Source: Saezia sanguinis (lineage in GTDB: Bacteria; Pseudomonadota; Gammaproteobacteria; Burkholderiales; Burkholderiaceae_C). From it: a DNA stretch of 64,000 nt. A program made the translations under genes and the position numbers. The number at the start of each line of letters is the position of its first letter. Within the stretch, counting starts at the first letter, position 1. The stretch covers positions 388,420-452,419 of the forward strand of contig NZ_PQSP01000002.1 of assembly GCF_003991585.1 (NCBI RefSeq), read 5' to 3'. The notes beneath the pieces are model-generated. The model did not search any database and had not been told where the DNA came from. It was given only the letters and a program-made list of their open reading frames with translations. Below are positions 9,274-18,703 of the stretch, in pieces.

Positions 9274-11697
9274 ATGCCGACTTCAGTACAAGAGTTAGTT
9301 AATGATACTATTCCAGAACAAACAGTGTTAATTTTTGGGGCAGGGGCATCAATTCCATCAGGTTCCCCATCCGTTGCTATGCTCATAGAAAAGATCAGCA
9401 CAGAATTTGGTATTCCGCCTGATGGATTAACTTTGGCAGAAATATCTGGACTGGCTGAAAGAAAGCGAAATAGGAAAGAACTGATATCTCTCCTTAGAAA
9501 GGAGTTCAAAAATCTTCGCCCAAAGGGTTCAATCCTTAATTTGCCTCTTTACAATTGGAAAAGTATCTACTCAACAAATTACGATGAATTAGTTGAAGAC
9601 TCTTACAAAAGAGTTGGTAAAAGTCTTATATCATTTTCATCTAATTTTGACTTTACAATTCATGACGACCCAAACGCAACAAAGCTTTTCAAAATTCATG
9701 GAACTATAGCTAAAGACATATCTGATGGGAATGCATCGCGAATAATTTTAACTGACATGGATTATGATCAAACACAGGACTATCGGGAAGCTCTTTATCT
9801 ACGATTGGCGACAGACCTTACGTCAGGCCCGCAAGTTATTATAGTAGGGCAATCATTGGCTGATCCAGATCTTAAGGATATTGTCCAAAAAGCTATTGAG
9901 ACTAATCAGAAGGCAATGGCTGGAGGAAGAATCAGTCTCCTTCTTCACACACAAGATCTGAATCGGGCATTATTATTTGAAGCTCGTGGTTTACGCATTG
10001 CTTTCGGTGGGTTAGATGAATTTTTCGCAGCGTTGTCCTCCAAAGCTCCAGACTATTTAACTGCTCATATTGATACTGGTGACATACTTGATTCATTTCC
10101 ATCGTTGAGACCGGTTTCTTATGTTGTTGCAGACGAATTTGACGCATCTAAAGCAGATGTTAGTGCAATATTCAATGGGTGGCCAGCCAAGTTTGCAGAG
10201 CTTGCAGCTGGTTATACCTTTGATCGTACTATTGCTTCAGAGATTTTTGAATATCTGAAACAAGAAAACAAGGTTTGTGCGGTGCTATTAGGAGCGAGTG
10301 GCGTCGGGAAAACGACTGCTGCTCGCCAAGTTATAGTTAAACTAAAAGCAACCGGATTTTATACATGGGAACACAAAACTGATCATCCGCTCAATGTGAA
10401 TGAGTGGCTAGGTGTTGCGCAACGTCTCTCTTCTTCCCAAAAGTCTGGTGTGCTATTAATTGATGACGCTCATTCTCATCTACACCAAGTAAACGACTTA
10501 ATTGACAGGCTAGCGGCAAACAAACAGAATAGCTTAAAAATTATTTTAACTTCTACTCGCAACCATTGGGTCCCTCGTATAAAGTCTCCAAGTATCTATG
10601 CACTTGGCCAAGAATTTGGGTTATCCAAACTTACAAGTCAGGAAATCGATAGGCTTCTAACTTTAGTACAGTCGGCACCACTGCTTCGTAGTCTAGTTGA
10701 AGCTGGTTTTGGTGGTTTTTCTTTGCATGAACAAAGACGGCGACTAATTGATAGATGTGAAGCGGATATGTTTGTTTGCTTAAAAAACATTTTTGCATCA
10801 GAAAAGTTCGATGATATTATCCTCAGAGAATATGCAAGTTTGGACGAACGAGAACAGGAAGTGTATCGGTCAGTTGCTGCAATGGAATACGCTGGAATCA
10901 GAGTACATAGGCAACTTGTAATTCGTCTTTTAAGTATTCCTACAAACGAAATATCGCACCTTTTAGCGTGCCTAGACGAGATTATCAGCGAATATGAAGT
11001 TAACCGTGTCGAGGGCATTTATGGATGGAGGGTGCGGCACTATGTAATAGCAAGTATTATTGCAAAATATAAATTTTTTGAAACGGGAAAAATTATTGAT
11101 CTTTTCAATAAAGTAATTGATCAAATATCTCCAACGTATGACATTGAGATTAGAACAATTCGAGAGTTGTGCAATATCGAATCTGGACTGTCTGTTATCC
11201 CTGATAAACAGATCCAAAATACGCTTCTTCGCAAAATGATGTCCATCGCTCCTGGAGAACGAGTCCCCCGTCACCGCCTAATCCGAAATCTAATCGAGCT
11301 TGGAGAGTTTGAAAAAGCCGAATCCGAAATTCGAATATTTGAGAAAGATTTTAAACGTGACGGTCCAGTCATTCGATATCGAATCCTTTTGTCAATTGCT
11401 CGTGCAACTCATACAGCTGATCTCCTTCAGGAAGATCGAGTTGCAATATTGGAGCAAGCAAGAGAGTTGGCTGCAACTGCTAGCGTTCAATTCGAAAATA
11501 ACAAATCAGTGCTAGGAGCTTATTGCGAATTAGGTGTTGAGACATTTCGCCTTACCGGATCCCATATGGTTTATGATACTGCCTTAGATTTACTAAAGAA
11601 AGCAGAAGTACGTCTAGGGGATCCAGAGATTACCAAAATGATTATGCGCTATCAGCGACGAATTGCTGCGCATAATATTACAGATGAAGAGTCTTAG
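9274..11697 (+). CDS. SIR2-domain STAND NTPase with C-terminal helical/TPR-like sensor region (807 aa); Avs5-like antiphage candidate
   Basis: N-terminal SIR2-like Rossmann motifs: VLIFGAGASIPSG, IYSTNYDEL (TQNID-like) and FKIHGT (catalytic His). Central P-loop NTPase: Walker A LLGASGVGKTT, Walker B VLLIDDAH, then ILTSTRNHW. C-terminal ~350 aa is helical. The gene is AT-rich. GGAG lies upstream of the ATG. Confidence 0.7.
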   Translation: MPTSVQELVNDTIPEQTVLIFGAGASIPSGSPSVAMLIEKISTEFGIPPDGLTLAEISGLAERKRNRKELISLLRKEFKNLRPKGSILNLPLYNWKSIYSTNYDELVEDSYKRVGKSLISFSSNFDFTIHDDPNATKLFKIHGTIAKDISDGNASRIILTDMDYDQTQDYREALYLRLATDLTSGPQVIIVGQSLADPDLKDIVQKAIETNQKAMAGGRISLLLHTQDLNRALLFEARGLRIAFGGLDEFFAALSSKAPDYLTAHIDTGDILDSFPSLRPVSYVVADEFDASKADVSAIFNGWPAKFAELAAGYTFDRTIASEIFEYLKQENKVCAVLLGASGVGKTTAARQVIVKLKATGFYTWEHKTDHPLNVNEWLGVAQRLSSSQKSGVLLIDDAHSHLHQVNDLIDRLAANKQNSLKIILTSTRNHWVPRIKSPSIYALGQEFGLSKLTSQEIDRLLTLVQSAPLLRSLVEAGFGGFSLHEQRRRLIDRCEADMFVCLKNIFASEKFDDIILREYASLDEREQEVYRSVAAMEYAGIRVHRQLVIRLLSIPTNEISHLLACLDEIISEYEVNRVEGIYGWRVRHYVIASIIAKYKFFETGKIIDLFNKVIDQISPTYDIEIRTIRELCNIESGLSVIPDKQIQNTLLRKMMSIAPGERVPRHRLIRNLIELGEFEKAESEIRIFEKDFKRDGPVIRYRILLSIARATHTADLLQEDRVAILEQARELAATASVQFENNKSVLGAYCELGVETFRLTGSHMVYDTALDLLKKAEVRLGDPEITKMIMRYQRRIAAHNITDEES

Positions 11698-11893
11698 CGT
11701 TCAGTATTGACCTGCCTGAGAAATTCCGACTACTAGGAATCAGAGATTTTGGCCGTGGTTGCTAAATCATAGTTCAGTGTGCCAATGAATTGTCGTGGAG
11801 TAAGGTAATTCGGGCTTGAATGCGGTTTGACGAAAGGTATGACGGTAATCCCCCCGCAAAAGCGTAGGCGAATTCAACTGGTCAGTGCAACAC

Positions 11894-11934
11894 CTGGAGA
11901 GTAGCAATATCTGGAGAGTAGCAATATCTGGAGG
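11894..11934. repeat. 17-bp direct tandem repeat (2.4 copies) ctggagagtagcaatat in an intergenic region
   Basis: cacCTGGAGAGTAGCAATAT CTGGAGAGTAGCAATAT CTGGAGG, read directly from the sequence. Confidence 0.8.
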
Positions 11935-12098
11935 TGTATGATGGTAAGCATTTATGGAGCGATGACACATGAGCGCAAAACCAGAATATGGGAATTGTGG
12001 CGGAAGGGCATTCCCATGAGTTTGATTGCTTGCGATATAGCAAATCCACTTGATCTGGCTTTGGTCTTGTTGTTGTTTCTTCTGCATCGATACATTCC

Positions 12099-13817
12099 TC
12101 AGCTCGCCGCCGTGCTTGTGGCGACGACGAGATTCCAATGGTCTTTGAGGACGCCCACAAGGCGCTTCTGACGTTCGGCCAGAAGCGTGGGCGTCCACTC
12201 GTTCTCTGATCTGACTTCCTGCGTCAGCACGAAGGGCGACGCCTTGCCTTTGCCCTTGAAGTAGGCGTCCTTCTTCTTGGCAAAGTCGTAGTTGCTGGCA
12301 GACGAGTTCTTGTTCCTATCCAGCGGAACCAGATTGGCCAAACGGTGTGTCCAGCCATCGCGCTCGTCTTCATCCGGGAACCACTTGATCCAGTCCGAAC
12401 CGTCGGGCGGGGTTTGCGGCAGAACGTGCTCCAGAGACACGGCATCTTGAAGCTGCACGCCGGGGGCGCGCACCAAGGATTCAAGGCGTAAGACCAGCAC
12501 CATCCGTGCCTTGGGCAGATCGTCGTAAACGTCCCCATCGAGTGCCGCAACGAACTTGCCCTTTTGCGCGTCAGTCAGAACCAGCGTGGTGAGCGCAGCC
12601 AGATCCTCATTGAAGGTCTCCGGTTCGATTTCCTTGGTGAGCGCGGCGTAGGTTTCGATGCGCTCGTTGATGCCCACCTTGGTGACCAGCAGGAAATAGG
12701 TCAGGCGTTCCAGTGACTGGAAAAACTCTGCGAGCAATTTGGGCTGCTGCCGGAAGCGCTTGAAGTAAACCAGTGCCGGGGGCACCCAGTCCTTGAAGTC
12801 CACACGGTTGAGCCAAGACAGGTGCTCGTTGATCGTTTCGGCATGTTCGGTGGCCTCGAAGTCGGCATCGCGCACAAAGTCCCACACTTCAGCATAGGGT
12901 TTGATGACCTTGTCGACGAGGTCGATAGGGGTCTTGTACTCGGTGACGTGCTCCTGGAACTCCTTGACCAGGATGTACTTCTGCTTCTTCTTGGCGTAGA
13001 TGCTGCGGATGTGGCCAAACAGGTCACCGAAGGCGTCGCGTCCCAGTGAGCTTTCGATCCGGCTCCACTCTTTTGCGTAGGCGCGGCTTTTGACGTCGCC
13101 TGCCGTGGTGCGGATCAGGCCCAGCACCTGCGCCTTGATGATGTCGATAGGCGCGAGGTCGAGTCCCCGGTTGTTGAGTACGGAGAAGATGCGGTAGGCG
13201 GCTTCAAGGTCGGGCGTGGAGATGACAACCAGCGAGCAGTCGTTGGCGAGGAACTGCCACAGCGCAATGAGGTCGGCAGGCGGAAGCGCCTTGGCCTTTT
13301 CGAGCAGCAGCGTGGCGTTTTCACGGTAACGCAGACGGCTGTCTTTCAGCTTGTCCGTACTGGCGACCAACTGTGCGATGCCACCCGGCTCTTGAATATT
13401 GGTGCGGAAGAAGTCGGCATCTTCCTCGCGGGCGGTCAGGCGGTACTCGTTTTTCTCGCCAAGACTGACCTTGCCCTTCTTGTAGAGGAAGTCTGTGATG
13501 TCGTCTGCAGCATCCGGCATCACGATGCGCAACACGGCGAACAGCATCGTGAGCGTAGACAGGCGTTGCTGGCCGTCGACCACCGATGACTTAGGGTCCC
13601 GGTCGTTCTTGATCAGAACAATGCTGCCGAGGAAATATTGGCTGCTGGCCCCCGAGACACGCGCGTCCTGCATCGCCGAGTACAGATCATCGAACAGCTC
13701 TGTGGCCTGTTCGGTTGTCCAAGCGTAGGGGCGCTGGTAGTCCGGAATCTCGAACTGGTAGCTGCCTTCGAAGATCTCCCGGATCAGTTTGTCGTGGGCT
13801 TCAAGTGTCTTGGCCAT
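12099..13817 (-). CDS. DUF262 (ParB-like/GmrS N-terminal) plus DUF1524 (HNH-like/GmrD C-terminal) protein; GmrSD-family type IV restriction-like nuclease (572 aa)
   Basis: N-terminal FEIPDYQRPYAWTTEQATELFDD and VVDGQQRLSTL (the DGQQR motif of DUF262). C-terminal LEHVLPQ...RLANLVPLDRNKNSSASNYDF (His-Me/HNH-like DUF1524). The gene is GC-rich compared with neighbour 9274..11697. Confidence 0.75.
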   Translation of the reverse strand: MAKTLEAHDKLIREIFEGSYQFEIPDYQRPYAWTTEQATELFDDLYSAMQDARVSGASSQYFLGSIVLIKNDRDPKSSVVDGQQRLSTLTMLFAVLRIVMPDAADDITDFLYKKGKVSLGEKNEYRLTAREEDADFFRTNIQEPGGIAQLVASTDKLKDSRLRYRENATLLLEKAKALPPADLIALWQFLANDCSLVVISTPDLEAAYRIFSVLNNRGLDLAPIDIIKAQVLGLIRTTAGDVKSRAYAKEWSRIESSLGRDAFGDLFGHIRSIYAKKKQKYILVKEFQEHVTEYKTPIDLVDKVIKPYAEVWDFVRDADFEATEHAETINEHLSWLNRVDFKDWVPPALVYFKRFRQQPKLLAEFFQSLERLTYFLLVTKVGINERIETYAALTKEIEPETFNEDLAALTTLVLTDAQKGKFVAALDGDVYDDLPKARMVLVLRLESLVRAPGVQLQDAVSLEHVLPQTPPDGSDWIKWFPDEDERDGWTHRLANLVPLDRNKNSSASNYDFAKKKDAYFKGKGKASPFVLTQEVRSENEWTPTLLAERQKRLVGVLKDHWNLVVATSTAAS

Positions 13818-13854
13818 TGTGTTTTTCTTTCCCTTTTGCGTACGCCGGGTCCGC

Positions 13855-14772
13855 TCAACTCATCTTGGTTATTGTTTCGGGCTGAACTATTTCTATGACC
13901 TGGAACGTCTTGGATGTGCTTCCCGCAAGGTGAAGCACTACCTCGTCGCCTATGACAGCCCCGAGTATTGCCTGTGCCAGAGGGCGGCTTTCATTCACAA
14001 TCCCGTTGGCAAAGTTATCTTTACCTCTGGTGATCTGGACAGTCATTACGTCGTTAGGACGAGCAAGATCGATGTATCGAACTACGTCACCTACCTCGAT
14101 TTCGAGGTCATCTTCTGTGTCGATCAGTACAGAGCTAATCGCTTCTCGCTCCCTCTCAGCTTGAACAGCGTTCGCAACCGATTCAATTTGCTGAGTCACC
14201 CGGGCAGTGAGTTGTCCAGCACCTTGTCCTTCTTCGATCCAGGCGTCTCCTGATGTGTGCTCGGGCTTCCAGCTCTCGCGCAAATACTCAAGGAAGTTGA
14301 TGAGCTTCTCGGTTTCTTGTCGTGGAGTGCAGAACCAGTCCGTTGACCAGATGCGCCAAATGCGACCACACCAGCCAAGAGCTTCAAGGATCTCTTGACG
14401 GATGCGGTCACGATCGGGAACTGACAAAGCAGAGTGGTAGGTTGCTCCGTCGCATTCGATTGCTGCCAGATACGATCCTGGCGCGTCTGGATGCTTGACG
14501 GCGATGTCAATGCGGTATCCCGCCACACCGAGCTGAGGGGTGACTTCATAGCCACGCATCTTGAGCATGTCCATGACGGAGATCTCGAAATCACTGTCTG
14601 GTTCGCGGTCTGTTTCCTCGATGGTCGGCAACGAGCCTGTGCGGGCGTACTCGAGGTAATTGCGCAGCGCCTTGGTGCCGTCCGGAGTAGTGCCATCCAT
14701 CACGATGTCTTCGGGACGAAGAGATGTGTACAGGGCGATTGACTTCTTGGCGCGGGTGAACAGCACGTTCAT
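13855..14772 (-). pseudogene. 3' remnant of a large SF1 helicase - Vsr-like endonuclease - DUF3320 gene (HheA-like architecture). Only the last ~305 codons are present.
   Basis: Begins at helicase motif VI (NVLFTRAKKSIALYTSL, AAA_12 end) immediately after an in-frame TAA. It then has a Vsr/DUF559-like block (IDIAVKHPDAPGSYLAAIECDGATYHS...DRDRIRQEILEALGWCGRIWRIWSTDWF) and a C-terminal DUF3320-like tail. No upstream helicase N-terminus is present; the integrase remnant abuts instead. Confidence 0.6.
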
Positions 14773-14837
14773 TTACTTGCTCCTGCGTCGCATCACGGGC
14801 GAAATACAGCAGTATCGCATAATTTACGGATAAGTTC

Positions 14838-15605
14838 TTAGTATGGGTCACAAAAGTCAGCCCACTCCTGCATCAGTAATCTGCGTTTTTGCAGCATATC
14901 ACCTCTTTGATAAGCCGCTTCAGCCTTATCTTTGAGTTTATGAGCCAAAGCATGCTCAATGACCTCTCTTGGATAGTGTGTTGTTTCCCCAGCCCAATCC
15001 CTGAAAGTTGACCTGAAGCCATGCATCGTAATACCCTGGTAATCCATTCGTTTAAGCACAGCAGTCAAAGACATATCCGATAAAGCCTTATTTGACCTTG
15101 GCGCAGGAAAAACAAAATCACATCCATCCAGTCGGGGGAGATGATTGAGAAGCCTCATTGCTTTGTCGCATAAAGGAATTCGGTGCTCTTTATCCATCTT
15201 CATACGCCTGGCAGGAATAATCCAAAGCTTTTCCTCAAAATCAATTTCACTCCATAATGCCCCACGGATTTCTCCAGAGCGCGCCACAGTCAAAATAGCA
15301 AATTCAACTGCACGGGCAGAAACACCTTCGCGTTGCTGCAAAAGCTTTATAAACTGTGGTATATCTCTATAATGTAATGCTTTGAAATGCTCAACCCGCT
15401 GAATTTTACTTCTGGCTGGCAACAGCTTATCCATGTGACCTTTCCAGCGCGCAGGGTTCTCGCCTGAGCGGTAATTGCGTGCTGCAGCCCAATCCAAAAT
15501 TAATTCAATACGGTTTCTAACCCGGGTAGCCGTCTCCGTTTTCTCTTGCCAGATAGGCTCCAAAATCTTGAGCAATAAAGGCGTATCTACTAAGTCAACA
15601 GGCAA
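14838..15605 (-). pseudogene. tyrosine recombinase/phage-type integrase, N-terminally truncated (catalytic domain only, TTG-initiated ORF)
   Basis: Catalytic-domain residues: R (TVARSGEIRG), HGFRSTFRDW and the Tyr in AEAAYQRGD. An in-frame stop lies only ~31 codons upstream of the called start. About 120 to 150 aa of the arm-binding/core-binding N-terminus expected for P4-type integrases is therefore missing. Confidence 0.6.
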
Positions 15606-16218
15606 TGTACCAATTACAGGGAAAGCATATGTACTTAACCAGTAATCACTATTGCAAAGCCAGCAAGATAAATGGCTGCTGTAACTATATGTGGGGCTTT
15701 ACATCAATTTGAGTGGCCTAAAAAAACAAAAATGTATTTAAAAACAATAAAAGTCCAATAAAGAATCCATGTGGAACAGGCGATTGATGCGCTGATGATT
15801 AAGGTTGCTATAAGCTTAAAAAAACTTTCTTTCATAGTGGTTGTCCTTCAGTGAAAGTTATCCTAACGCTTTCAGAACCTGTAGCGACTGGTTATGTATA
15901 AAGTACCGTATAACAATGCCAAGGGTACAAAATAACAACTTGAAAGAACTCAGTAGGTAGTCAAAGTCAAAAGACTTTTTCAAGCAGATCAATGACTGGC
16001 CCACAATTCAGACTCTTCCAGTGATTTGTATTACGAATTTTTTTCGTGAGTAAATGAACTGCATTACGCATACGCAGCCAATCCAAAGAAGTATTGCATA
16101 CCTGTTTTGTGCAGCACCTCAGGTTGTGCCTGATAATCGATTCGGCGGGGTATTGCGATATTGAAATAAATCAGTGCTTATGCCGGAAACGCTATACTTC
16201 GTTTCTTTCTGATGAGTT

Positions 16219-17553
16219 TTGCCAGAGTCTATGACCTTCTCTTTGACCTTTAGCCGTATAAAAAGCATTTTGAAAGTGCTGTGTCATGGGTTGGGCTGGT
16301 TGTTTTTGTTTGCTCTGCTGGTGGTGTCCATACATCTGAAAAGCCCTTATCTGTTTGCATACCGCTCGTATGAAACACCGTTTTTACTGCTCATTGCCTG
16401 CGTTCTGATTCCCTTCTGTTTTTTGAAATTCCGTCATATTCGACGTGTTATAAGTCTGACACTGCTGTTGGCTGTGGTGATGTTCACCCTTTGGGGGGAG
16501 GGTGCTTTTCAATATAGGCGCAATGCGGTGATGCGTGTTGATGCTGCTGTAGCAGACCGGTTAGGCCAGCACTTTATTGTGGGGTATGAGGATGTACATG
16601 AATTACAGCCGCTGGTCAGTAAAGGGCTGATTGGCGGGATATTTGTAACGCGTCGCAATACAGAGGGGAAAAGTTTTGAGGCATTGCAGCAGGAAATTGC
16701 AGCGCTGCAGCGTTTACGGGCTGATGCCGGATTGCGTCCCCTGATTGTGGCGACAGATCAGGAAGGTGGCATTGTTTCCCACTTGTCTCCCCCGCTGGAA
16801 AGAATGCCGCCATTGTCTTCAGTTATAGATAACAGTGATACGCAGGAAGCACTGCTTGCAAATGCGCAAGCGTATGGAGAGAGACAGGGGCGTTCTTTGG
16901 CTGCATTGGGGGTTTCGGTCAACTTCAGCCCCGTGGTTGATTTGAAGCTGGAACATACATCCAACTGGCTGGATTTTCACAGCATGATTTCCCAACGGGC
17001 TATTTCAGCTGATCCTGCCATGACAGCCGCTGTAGCCGGTGCTTATGTGAAAGGCCTGCAAAACCAGGGCGTGTTAGCCACACTCAAACATTTTCCTGGG
17101 CTGGGCAGGGTAACAAGTGATACGCACCATTTTTCTGCCAGCTTGAATGTGGCAGCAGATGAACTGCAGCACAATGACTGGGTGCCTTTCAGAGAAGTTG
17201 CTCGCCAGAATGATGTCCTGCTGATGGTGGGGCATGTGATATTGAGCCAGGTAGACCAGAAAAATCCGGCATCTTTCTCAAAAGGAGTGATTCAAGGCAT
17301 TATCCGTAACGGCTGGCAGCATGATGGTGTTTTGATCACCGATGACCTGACCATGCGTGCTGCCTATAGCCATGGTTTTTGCCATGTGACGGTCAGCGCT
17401 TTGAACGCAGGCGTGGACCTGTTGCTGGTTTCATATGATTACGAGAAATATTATGAGATGATGTTCTGCGCTATTCAGGCCTACGAAAGCGGATCGCTTG
17501 ACAAAGATATGCTCCAGCGCAGTGACGCGCGTTTGAGAAGACTGTGGCCGTGA
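16219..17553 (+). CDS. glycoside hydrolase family 3 beta-N-acetylhexosaminidase (NagZ-like) with an N-terminal membrane-spanning extension
   Basis: KHFPGLGRVTSDTHH and GVLITDDLTMRAAY match NagZ/GH3 catalytic motifs. The first ~110 aa contain about three hydrophobic helices. Confidence 0.7.
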   Translation: MPESMTFSLTFSRIKSILKVLCHGLGWLFLFALLVVSIHLKSPYLFAYRSYETPFLLLIACVLIPFCFLKFRHIRRVISLTLLLAVVMFTLWGEGAFQYRRNAVMRVDAAVADRLGQHFIVGYEDVHELQPLVSKGLIGGIFVTRRNTEGKSFEALQQEIAALQRLRADAGLRPLIVATDQEGGIVSHLSPPLERMPPLSSVIDNSDTQEALLANAQAYGERQGRSLAALGVSVNFSPVVDLKLEHTSNWLDFHSMISQRAISADPAMTAAVAGAYVKGLQNQGVLATLKHFPGLGRVTSDTHHFSASLNVAADELQHNDWVPFREVARQNDVLLMVGHVILSQVDQKNPASFSKGVIQGIIRNGWQHDGVLITDDLTMRAAYSHGFCHVTVSALNAGVDLLLVSYDYEKYYEMMFCAIQAYESGSLDKDMLQRSDARLRRLWP

Positions 17554-17609
17554 GTTCTGCGAAATACATATCCTAGCTTATTACGTAGCGGTTTAGGTTT
17601 GTTGCGGGC

Positions 17610-18359
17610 ATGGATGCGGCGCAGTGTATAAAATGCAGGCTGTTTGTATTGGCTCAGACGCGTTGCTGTTCCAGTCGGATACACTGTTGTAGCGAGGGTG
17701 TTTTTTTGACCGAAGATCAATATCAGCAGTTTTCCCCATTCCAGGAGGTTGCCAGACAGCTTATTCCCATTATTGAGGCTAAGCATGTGGATGGCGTGCA
17801 TGGTATTTCTCATGTTCAAAGGGTGTGGAAAAACGCTAGCACGATCATGCGTACCGAGGGTGGCGATGCCGGCATTGTGCTGGCTGCGATCATTCTGCAT
17901 GACTGTGTGGTCGTTGAAAAGAACTCACCTTTACGTAGCCAGGCATCAACGCTAGCTGCACAAGAAGCTACCCGCATACTGACCCGGTTGGACTGGGACC
18001 AGGAACAAATTGAAGATATTGCCCATGCGATTGAGGCGCACAGTTATTCCGCTAAGATCGTGCCGCGAACGCTGGAAGCGAAGATTTTGCAGGATGCTGA
18101 CAGGCTGGATGCCATAGGCATGGTCGGCATTGCGCGCTGCTTTTATATTTCCGGGCGAATTGGCAGTGCCCTGTACGACCGGGAAGATCCCACCGCAATG
18201 TATCGGGGGCTGGATGACCGGCGTTTTGCCATTGATCATTTTTATGCCAAATTGTTGAAACTGTCCTCCGGCTTCCAGACGGAAACCGGGGTGCAGATGG
18301 CGCAATCCAGGCACGAGAAGATTCAATGGTTTTTGCAGGAGTTTCTGGCAGAAATATAG
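17610..18359 (+). CDS. HD-domain phosphohydrolase (YedJ-like)
   Basis: HGISHVQRV ... AIILHDCVV ... QDADRLDAIG form an H...HD...D metal-binding set. The start codon is uncertain and may lie downstream. Confidence 0.65.
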   Translation: MDAAQCIKCRLFVLAQTRCCSSRIHCCSEGVFLTEDQYQQFSPFQEVARQLIPIIEAKHVDGVHGISHVQRVWKNASTIMRTEGGDAGIVLAAIILHDCVVVEKNSPLRSQASTLAAQEATRILTRLDWDQEQIEDIAHAIEAHSYSAKIVPRTLEAKILQDADRLDAIGMVGIARCFYISGRIGSALYDREDPTAMYRGLDDRRFAIDHFYAKLLKLSSGFQTETGVQMAQSRHEKIQWFLQEFLAEI

Positions 18360-18703
18360 CCTGCATACTGTAAGTGTATGTCGTTGCGTAGCCAATGCGA
18401 TTTGGCGTGAAAGACGCATTCAAGGGCTCGCTTTGATTTGCTGAAAAACAACCTTCTTTAATACTTCAACCGGAAGTTTGCCGGTGTATTCTGCTCAGGG
18501 CGTTTGGCCGCTTCATTGGCGTATTACCTTCCTCCTGGCACGTTTCAATCTTTTAGACGACAAGCACATCAGGCGGTTCTGCACTGTTTTTAGTTAAGCC
18601 ACTTTCCCGGGAAATATCTGACTTTTTATATATATGTCCGAAAACAGCCAGAATTAAATGGAGGCGGTGCTATGATTGGTATCCAAGAGGAAAGAGAATA
18701 GCC

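Noticed and set aside
11894-11934. Possible CRISPR array (17-18-bp tandem repeats here and at 24024..24059)
   Set aside because: Only two copies each, with no spacers. One is inside a CDS. Nothing elsewhere in the window resembles a repeat-spacer array or cas genes.
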